Shown here: in pieces, positions 57,089 to 64,000 of the stretch
Layout: each line of letters begins with the position of its first letter
Position numbering within the stretch: the first letter of the stretch is position 1
The notes under the pieces: model-generated
The model's input: the letters and a program-made list of their open reading frames with translations, nothing else
What the model was told of the DNA's origin: nothing
Databases searched by the model: none
Position numbers and translations under genes: made by a program
DNA from: Planctomycetota bacterium
GTDB taxonomy: Bacteria > Planctomycetota > UBA1135 > UBA2386
Direction of reading: 5' to 3'
Assembly (NCBI GenBank): GCA_965223545.1
Contig: OZ245006.1
Location: 3,168,001-3,232,000 of the forward strand
DNA length: 64,000 nucleotides

Positions 57089-58855
57089 ATGACCGAGCCG
57101 AACAAGATTCGCGAAGTTCAAGACCCCTGGGACGTGGTGATTTGCGGCGGCGGCCTCGCCGGTCTGCTGCTCGCGCGACAGCTCCACCGCGAGCTCCCCG
57201 GCCTGTCGATCACCGTCCTCGAGCGCACCGCCCGCCCGCTGCCCGACGCTTGCCACAAGGTCGGAGAGTCCTCGGTGGAGCTGGCTTCGCAGTACCTCGA
57301 GAGCTTGGGGTTGGAGAGCTATCTCCTCGATCGACATCTGATCAAGCTGGGTCTGCGGTTCTTCCCGGGCGGCGGCGAGCTGCCGTTGGCCGAACGCACC
57401 GAGATCGGACCGTGCGCAGAGCCCATCGTGCGTTCCTACCAGCTGGATCGCGGCCGCTTGGAGAGCGACCTCCGCGACATGCTGGAGGCCGACGGACACA
57501 CGCTGATCGAGGCGGCTCGGGTGCGGGCGATCGACCTTGGCCACGGCGGCGACGCGCACCGGATCGAGTACGAGCTGGACGGCGAGCCGCGCCAACTGCG
57601 CGCGCACTGGGTCGTCGATGCCACCGGGCGCACGGCGCTGTTGCGGCGCAAGCTCAAGCTGACGCGAGGCTCGCGCCACGCGGCGTCCGCCGGTTGGTAC
57701 CGCGTCAAGGGGCGCGTCGACCTCAACGACATGGTGCCGGCCAGCGCCACCACCTGGCACCAGCGTCCGTGCGCCGAGGAGCGGTGGCGCTCGACCAATC
57801 ACTTCATGGGGCCGGGCTACTGGGCGTGGCTGATCCCGCTGAGCACGGGCTACACGAGCGTCGGCCTCGTCATCCACGACGAGGTGCACGACAAGCGCTG
57901 CATCGCCGGGGTCGAGCGCATGCAGGAGTTCTTCGCGCACCACGAGCCGCACCTGGCGCGCCTGCTCGAGCAACACGCGGCGGCCGATTTCCTCTGCCTG
58001 CACAACTACAGCCACAACGTCGCGCGCGGCTGGTCGGCAGAGCGCTGGGCGGTGGTCGGCGAAGCCGGCGCCTTCGTCGATCCGCTCTACAGCCCGGGCA
58101 GCGACTTCATCGCGCTCGCCAACTGCTTCACGGTGGAAATGATCCGCCAGGAGCGCCAGGGCGGTGATCTCGAGTCGAAGGCCAACCAGCTGAACTCGCT
58201 GTACCGCGCGCTGGTGAGCGGCGCCATCGACTTGTTCCGCAGCGCGGCGCCGGTCTACGGCCATCCCAGCGCGATGGGCACCAAGGTGTACTGGGACAAC
58301 TTCTCCTATTGGTCGCTGACCTGCCATCACTACAAGCAGCACCTGTACCGACTCACGCCGGAGCAGTACGAGCCCTTCAGCCAGATCGGACGGCGCTTCG
58401 TCGCGCTCGGCGCCAACATGCAGCAGCTGCTGCGCGAGTGGGCCACGGTCGCTCCCGAGCAACAGAAACCGATCTTCATCGGCGCGCCGCAGTTTCCCTC
58501 CGTCCTCATCGACGCCCACGTCAAGGTCGCGGAGGAGATGACCACCGAGGAGACTCTCTCCTACATGCGCGAACGGCTGGCGCAGGCCGAGGAGATCGCC
58601 GTGGAGATCGTGCTCCGCGTCGTGCAGCAGCTCGGCCCGGAACAAGCGCGCGGACTGCTCGACAAGATCCAGTTCTCGGGCTGGGACCTACCGATTCCGC
58701 CGGAACGCCTCGACATCGAGGCGCTCGTCGGCCGTGCGCGCCGCGCGCGGCTTTCGCCGATCGCGCGCGACGTCGAGCACACCCTGGGTCGCATCAACCG
58801 TCACGAGCACGCCGATCAGAGCCGCGACCTGCTGGCGCAGGGGGCGGCATCGTGA
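57089..58855 (+). CDS. Flavin-dependent halogenase
   Basis: GGGLAG FAD motif, HKVGES (conserved Lys), WAWLIP (WxWxIP halogenase motif), GEAGAFVDPLYSPG. Confidence 0.88.
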   Translation: MTEPNKIREVQDPWDVVICGGGLAGLLLARQLHRELPGLSITVLERTARPLPDACHKVGESSVELASQYLESLGLESYLLDRHLIKLGLRFFPGGGELPLAERTEIGPCAEPIVRSYQLDRGRLESDLRDMLEADGHTLIEAARVRAIDLGHGGDAHRIEYELDGEPRQLRAHWVVDATGRTALLRRKLKLTRGSRHAASAGWYRVKGRVDLNDMVPASATTWHQRPCAEERWRSTNHFMGPGYWAWLIPLSTGYTSVGLVIHDEVHDKRCIAGVERMQEFFAHHEPHLARLLEQHAAADFLCLHNYSHNVARGWSAERWAVVGEAGAFVDPLYSPGSDFIALANCFTVEMIRQERQGGDLESKANQLNSLYRALVSGAIDLFRSAAPVYGHPSAMGTKVYWDNFSYWSLTCHHYKQHLYRLTPEQYEPFSQIGRRFVALGANMQQLLREWATVAPEQQKPIFIGAPQFPSVLIDAHVKVAEEMTTEETLSYMRERLAQAEEIAVEIVLRVVQQLGPEQARGLLDKIQFSGWDLPIPPERLDIEALVGRARRARLSPIARDVEHTLGRINRHEHADQSRDLLAQGAAS

Positions 58856-58897
58856 CCGTCGCGCAATAGGCGCGTTCGCCACCCGCCGCTGCCCGCG

Positions 58898-59911
58898 ATG
58901 AGGCCAGCCGACACCGACGCGCTGCTCGATGTGCTCGCCGGCAAGCACCGCGCGCAAGCGGTCTCGACGGTCGCGGCGCTCGGGGTCGCCGATCGGTTGA
59001 TGGACGGTCCGCGCTCGCTGCAGGACCTGGCGCGTGAGCTCGACTGCGACGCGCGCGCGCTGCAGTCTGTGATGCGCGTGGCCGCCAGCCTGGGCTTCTT
59101 CTCGGCGGCGATGCCGGGGGTCTACGCGCTGACCGAACGAGGCAGGGCGCTGTGCGCCGACGCTCTCGGCCCACTGGCGGCGTTCGCCGGCAGCCCGCCG
59201 CAGTGGGATCCGTGGTCGCGCCTGCGCGACTGCCTGCGCACAGACCGCAGTCGCCCACCGTTCGAACAGACCTTCGACCGCGACCTGTATCGCTATCTGA
59301 GCGAGCACCCGGAGGCGGCGGCGAGCTACGACCTGGCGATCGAAGCCTTCACCCGACACGAGGCACGGCTGCTGCTGCAAGCCTACGATTTTGCCACCGC
59401 AACGACGGTCGCCGATGTCGGTGGCGGCCGTGGCGTACTGTTGCAGACTCTGCTCGAGCACCACGCGCAGCTGCACGGTGTGCTGATCGATCTGCCGCAC
59501 GTCGTGGACGCCGCTCGCGCGGTGTGGCCGGAGTCGACGGCCGCCCGCGTCGAGCTGGTCGCCGCGGACTTCACCGCGACGCCGCCGCCGGGTGCCGACG
59601 TCTACGTGCTCAAGCACGTGCTGCACAACTGGGACGACACCCGCGCCGGGGCGCTGTTGGCGCGCTGCAAAAGAGCACTTCACTCCGGCGGTCGCGTGCT
59701 GGTGATCGAGACGATTCTGACCCCGGGCGCGCACGCCGATCTGGCCTGCCTGCTCGATCTGGAGATGCACGTGCTGACGCGGGGCCGCGAGCGGCAGAAG
59801 CCGGAGCTGCGACGCCTGCTCGGCGCCGCCGGCCTGCGGCTCGAACGCGCGGTTCGGCTGTCTGCCGCCAGCCACCTGCTGGTCGCCGCGGTCGCCGACA
59901 GCGGCACTTGA
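58898..59911 (+). CDS. SAM-dependent O-methyltransferase (family 2, with dimerisation domain)
   Basis: N-terminal winged helix, DVGGGRG, IDLPHVV, ADF, KHVLHNWDD, GRER. Confidence 0.92.
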   Translation: MRPADTDALLDVLAGKHRAQAVSTVAALGVADRLMDGPRSLQDLARELDCDARALQSVMRVAASLGFFSAAMPGVYALTERGRALCADALGPLAAFAGSPPQWDPWSRLRDCLRTDRSRPPFEQTFDRDLYRYLSEHPEAAASYDLAIEAFTRHEARLLLQAYDFATATTVADVGGGRGVLLQTLLEHHAQLHGVLIDLPHVVDAARAVWPESTAARVELVAADFTATPPPGADVYVLKHVLHNWDDTRAGALLARCKRALHSGGRVLVIETILTPGAHADLACLLDLEMHVLTRGRERQKPELRRLLGAAGLRLERAVRLSAASHLLVAAVADSGT

Positions 59912-59914
59912 CGA

Positions 59915-60358
59915 TCACTCCGGCGGGCGGTCGGCGTGCACCAACGTCATCAGCGCACTGGCAACGACTGCGCCGCGCGCATCGCGGGCCTCGGTGCGGA
60001 ACTGGCTGACGTCGTCGTTGCCCGAGACCCGCTCGGCGAGCAGGGTCAGTCGTTCGCCGACGCGCAGCCGCGGGCGGCCCAGCTCGAGCCGGCGACACGC
60101 GACGACCATGCCAACCCGAACGCCACCGCCACCCGAGAACGCCTCTTGGCCGAGACAAGCCGCCACGCCCTGCGCCATGTACTCGAGCCCGATCACGGTG
60201 TCGACGGTACCATCGACGCTGAGCCAGGGATCGTCCGGCACCGTCATCTCGCACCGCGCCTGCCCACTCTGCCACTCGACGAGCGCGCCGACTGCCAGCA
60301 TGGGTGGCTCGTGCGGCACCAGCTCTAGGATGTCCGGATAGCGCACCATCGCGTTCAC
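59915..60358 (-). CDS. Hotdog-fold dehydratase (ApeP-like)
   Basis: LVPHEPPML, LEYMAQGVAA, GMVVACR. Confidence 0.88.
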   Translation of the reverse strand: MNAMVRYPDILELVPHEPPMLAVGALVEWQSGQARCEMTVPDDPWLSVDGTVDTVIGLEYMAQGVAACLGQEAFSGGGGVRVGMVVACRRLELGRPRLRVGERLTLLAERVSGNDDVSQFRTEARDARGAVVASALMTLVHADRPPE

Positions 60359-61131
60359 TGATCGAAGCCGAGGTGCGCGACGTAACCGCGCCCACCGCCG
60401 CGGTCCAGGGCCACGCGACCCGGCCGTTCGCGCAGGACTGCGTCGACGAGATCGAGCAAACCGACCTGTGGGTTGTGCCGCAGCGCGTCCCCGACGCTTG
60501 CCGGCGCCAAGTCAGCGGGCGGGCCACTCTCCACCGCGACGCGCGCGCAGCGAGCGTCGTCGCCGAGCGGTGCGAGCACCACGGCAGCCGCCAGCAAACA
60601 CCAACGCGGGTTGTCGCCCACCAGACTCTCCGGCACGGCCTCGTCGGCGCACACCACCACGACCGGCCCCCCGCGCGTGGCCACCAGCCCGATCGCCTCG
60701 AGCAGGGCCGCGGCGGGCGTGTCGTCATCGGCGGCGAGCGAGGTGGTGAACCCGCGGTTGCCGTGAGAGATCGAGAGCAGCCCCGAAGCGGCGTTGTGCA
60801 CGCTCGTGGTGAAGGCCGCCGGCGACATCGGCTCTTTGGTCCGCCACAGCTGGTCGAGGAGCCCGATCATCGTCACCGCCTCGCCCACCGACGAGCCGAC
60901 CACGATCGGCACCACGGCGGGATCGACCTGCGCCTCCGTCATCGCCTCGCTGGCGGCATCGGCGATGGCCCGACCGAGAGCGCCCGCGCGTCGCCGATTG
61001 GCCCGGCCGAATGCCGCCCCGACCGGCGCGGGCTGCGCGGCATCGGCGACGCCGCCGGCCCAGGCGGACATCGACGGGAAGCCCGGCGCCCAGAGGCCGA
61101 GGCCCTTGATCGACACCCAGGGACCGGTCAT
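60355..61131 (-). CDS. Ketosynthase chain-length factor (ApeC-like)
   Basis: RRR motif, SPAAFTTSVHNAASG, ALLEA. No catalytic Cys. Confidence 0.88.
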   Translation of the reverse strand: MTGPWVSIKGLGLWAPGFPSMSAWAGGVADAAQPAPVGAAFGRANRRRAGALGRAIADAASEAMTEAQVDPAVVPIVVGSSVGEAVTMIGLLDQLWRTKEPMSPAAFTTSVHNAASGLLSISHGNRGFTTSLAADDDTPAAALLEAIGLVATRGGPVVVVCADEAVPESLVGDNPRWCLLAAAVVLAPLGDDARCARVAVESGPPADLAPASVGDALRHNPQVGLLDLVDAVLRERPGRVALDRGGGRGYVAHLGFDQ

Positions 61132-62309
61132 CGAGGCGCCTCCACCAACAGACTGACGTTGTTGCCGCCGAAGGCGAACGAGTTGCTGAGCACGCGCGCC
61201 AACCGGCCGCGGGTCACCGTCGTGGGGATCTCGAGTCCGATTTGCTCGTCCTGCGGCTCGAGCCCGAGCGCGGGCGGCATGAAGCCCTCCTCGATGGCCA
61301 GCGCCGCGAAACCGAACTCCAACGCCGCCGCCGCGCCCAAGGTATGGCCGGTGTAGGCCTTGGTCGACACCACTGGCGGCGGGTCACCGAAGACCTCGAC
61401 GATCGCCTTGGCTTCGGCGACGTCGTTGAGTCGCGTACCGGTGCCGTGCGCGTTGATGTGGTCGATGTCCGCCGCCGCACACCCCGCGCCCGCCAACGCC
61501 TGCGCCATCGCCGCGCGCGCGCCGCGGCCGTCGGGGTGCGGCGCGCTCACGTGATAGGCATCCGACGTCTCGCCGACCCCGGTCACCAACACCCGCGGCT
61601 CGCCGCGGCGCTCGACCAACGCCAACGCCCCGCCTTCGCCGATGCTGATCCCCGCACGCTCCGCGCTGAACGGCCGGCACGGCTGGCGATCGAGCGCCTG
61701 CAGCGACTGAAAGCCGTGCAGCGTCAACGCGCACAGCGTGTCCAAGCCACCGACGATGGCGGCGTCGATCAGATCGGCAGCCATCAGCCTGGCCGCCGTG
61801 GCGAACGGCTTGCCGCTGGAGGTACACGCGGTCGACGCCATCCACGCCGGGCCGCGCGCGCCGGTGAGCTCGGCGACGACGTGCAGCACGGCACCGAACG
61901 TGTGCTGCCGGCGGAAGTCGTAGGCATCGGGAAACCGACCGCACTCGACGAACTCGCGATAGGCGTGCTCGGTGGTCTCTGCGCCCGCGGTACTGGTGCC
62001 GAGCAAGACCGCGATGCGCTCCGGCCGCCACCGTTCGCGAGCCCGCGCCAGCGGCTCCTCGAGCTGGCCGATCAGCTGCATCGCCATGCGCGCGATGCGC
62101 GTCGACCACGGGCGCAGCGGCGGCGGCAGCTCGGGCAAACCGGCGTCCACCGCGCCGACCGCGGTCTCGAACGACAGCGCAAACGGCGGCGCCAGCAGAC
62201 CGCTCCGCCCCGTGGCCAGGGCCTCGACGTGCTCGGCGCGCGTCGCCCCCAACGCGCTGAGCAAGCCGTAGCCCGTGACCGGGAGCGGGAAGTGACGGTC
62301 TGGCGACAT
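61128..62309 (-). CDS. Beta-ketoacyl-ACP synthase (ApeO-like KS)
   Basis: STACTSSGK, TLHGFQSL, PFS…IGEG, NAHGTGT, STKAYTGHTLGAA, SNSFAFGGNN. Confidence 0.94.
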   Translation of the reverse strand: MSPDRHFPLPVTGYGLLSALGATRAEHVEALATGRSGLLAPPFALSFETAVGAVDAGLPELPPPLRPWSTRIARMAMQLIGQLEEPLARARERWRPERIAVLLGTSTAGAETTEHAYREFVECGRFPDAYDFRRQHTFGAVLHVVAELTGARGPAWMASTACTSSGKPFATAARLMAADLIDAAIVGGLDTLCALTLHGFQSLQALDRQPCRPFSAERAGISIGEGGALALVERRGEPRVLVTGVGETSDAYHVSAPHPDGRGARAAMAQALAGAGCAAADIDHINAHGTGTRLNDVAEAKAIVEVFGDPPPVVSTKAYTGHTLGAAAALEFGFAALAIEEGFMPPALGLEPQDEQIGLEIPTTVTRGRLARVLSNSFAFGGNNVSLLVEAPR

Positions 62310-62384
62310 CGGACCTGGTCTGCGCGTGCGTGGCTGCCGAACGATGGTGCGGCGGGGGCCGGAGAATACCGCCGCAGCACCGCG

Positions 62385-64000
62385 TCAGCGACCCGAAGAA
62401 CGGCCGGCAACCGGCAGCACGCCCGGGCGCAGCACGTTGAGTCCTTCGATCTGCAAGGCGATCTCGTGGCGTGCCACCTCGACACCCACGCGAAACAGGA
62501 TCAGCGAGCGGGCGGTCTCCGGCAGCACCAGCACGTCCGAGCGGCCGCCCTCGATCGGTCGGGTCTTGGCGCGCGGCAAGCGGAACGGATTGCGCTCGCC
62601 ATGGATCCGAGGGTACAGCCACAGCGCGGTGCCGGCCTCGTTGCAGACCCCGAACGCGTCCGCGGTCGCCGGATCCTCGAGCTCGACCTGTGCCAACACA
62701 CGGCGCACCATGGTGATCTCGACCGTCGACTGGGTCTCCGCCGTGAGCGGAGCGTAGGCGACCAGCGTCTCCGGCGACGTCGCGTGCAGCGTGACCCCTT
62801 CCGTGGCCAGCCCGGCGAACGCGAACCGACCGCCGGCGTCGGTGCGCGCCCGACGGCCGTTGAGGTTGATCGACAGCGGCTTGGGAGACGAGGGGTCCTC
62901 GGTCGGAATCTGCATCGACAGGACCGGGACGGTCGCGATCACGGTCGCTCCCTCGACCGGCGCGCCATCCGGCGTGCGCGCGATCCCGCGCAGCCGCGCG
63001 TGGACTCGATCGGTATCGACCACCAGCATCGCGTCCTCGGTGCCGGCGCGCAGCACGGCTTCGGTGCAGACCAGCGATCGCTTGACCATGCAGCGGACGA
63101 CGTAGTCGCGGTCGGCGAGGCCGCCCAGGGCGAACTGGCCGCGATCGTCGCACTTGACCCGGACGCACGGGTCGGTGCGCCGCCCGAGCACGAGCGGTTC
63201 GGCGAACCACGGTCGGTGGTCGTCGCCGATCGGCGTCGGATCGGCGATCCACACCTCCGCGCCGGCCACCGGGTTGCCGCCGTGGTCGATGACGCGGCCG
63301 GCGATGCGCAGCGCGGCGTTCTCCAAGCGCAGCGTGAGCGGCGCACCCGGCGAACCGGAGAGCCCGGTACGCGGGATCGACCGGGGACGGCGACCCGGCG
63401 CCGCGACGCAAAGCGCGTCGATGTGGTCCAGCCGATCGACGGACAACTCGAATCCGCCATCAGCGTCGACGCCGACCATGCGCGGCCCGAAGCCGACCAC
63501 CGCGTCTGCGATCGCCGCACCGGCGGCGTCCACCACTCGGCCGCGAAGCACGACGTCCGCCGACGGCAGTCCGGTCAGCTCGATTCCGATCACCGCACTC
63601 GCGTCCTGCGGCAGCGGCACACGCCGCCCGGTGTAGCCGTCCGCCGCGACGACCAGGTGCGCGGAATCCACCCGATAGGCGGCCTGCAAGGTGAAGTGCC
63701 CCGCGGCATCCGTCACCACCCACGGATGCACGGGGTAAGGGCGGTGGAAGGCGCGCGGCACGGCGCGCCAAGAGCGCTCGGCATGGACCAGGCGGACGGC
63801 CGCACCCGCGATGCCGCGCCCCGCCGGGTCGCGCACGACTCCGCTCAACGTCCGCCGCGGCGCCATCACCAGGGTGCGCGCTCGCGCCGGTCCGCGCCCC
63901 ACCAGCGCGGCGACGACCGGCACCCAGCCGGCTGCCGACGCGGTCAGCTGGCCCGCGCTGCCGCGCGGCACGCGCATCACGAACTCGCCGTGCGCGTCCG
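62385..64000 (-). CDS. Carboxypeptidase-regulatory-like repeat protein (5' end outside the window)
   Basis: Repeated GRVVD..G..IA.A.V and TD..G.F units. Frame open to the window edge. Confidence 0.8.
   Translation of the reverse strand, partial: DAHGEFVMRVPRGSAGQLTASAAGWVPVVAALVGRGPARARTLVMAPRRTLSGVVRDPAGRGIAGAAVRLVHAERSWRAVPRAFHRPYPVHPWVVTDAAGHFTLQAAYRVDSAHLVVAADGYTGRRVPLPQDASAVIGIELTGLPSADVVLRGRVVDAAGAAIADAVVGFGPRMVGVDADGGFELSVDRLDHIDALCVAAPGRRPRSIPRTGLSGSPGAPLTLRLENAALRIAGRVIDHGGNPVAGAEVWIADPTPIGDDHRPWFAEPLVLGRRTDPCVRVKCDDRGQFALGGLADRDYVVRCMVKRSLVCTEAVLRAGTEDAMLVVDTDRVHARLRGIARTPDGAPVEGATVIATVPVLSMQIPTEDPSSPKPLSINLNGRRARTDAGGRFAFAGLATEGVTLHATSPETLVAYAPLTAETQSTVEITMVRRVLAQVELEDPATADAFGVCNEAGTALWLYPRIHGERNPFRLPRAKTRPIEGGRSDVLVLPETARSLILFRVGVEVARHEIALQIEGLNVLRPGVLPVAGRSSGR

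Noticed and set aside
2546..63411. Many long overlapping ORFs (e.g. 2546-4654, 15228-17615, 36796-39063, 43301-45589, 61384-63411)
   Set aside because: Antisense or alternate-frame shadows of real genes in high-GC DNA, with no family motifs.

Overview
High-GC bacterial DNA, densely coding. The gene repertoire (sulfatase, PQQ-like beta-propeller, prenyltransferase-repeat proteins, carboxypeptidase-regulatory-like secreted protein) suggests Planctomycetota; this is an inference. The first 40 kb holds mixed accessory and housekeeping genes: a DUF2868/DUF3482-GTPase pair, panD, AI-2E, YigZ, ArsR-SRPBCC, LysR-YeiH, GST, two hybrid kinases, a sulfotransferase and a MATE transporter. From 40.4 to 62.3 kb lies an aryl-polyene/xanthomonadin-type type II PKS cluster: two KS plus CLF-like pairs, ACP, dehydratases, acyltransferases, GT2, thioesterase, LolA-like, MMPL and DUF3261. 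The cluster contains an opposite-strand FAD-halogenase plus O-methyltransferase pair. It is split by a nested mobile island made of a RAYT/IS200-like HUH transposase, REPIN-like hairpins, and a group IIC-like intron inserted into one hairpin arm. The most striking item missed by the ORF track is a lipoprotein gene at 481-1014. It has two in-frame TGA codons (U-T-U) in an HMA-like metal loop, followed immediately by an fdhF-like SECIS hairpin, making it a candidate double-selenocysteine selenoprotein. No rRNA, tRNA or CRISPR array was seen.
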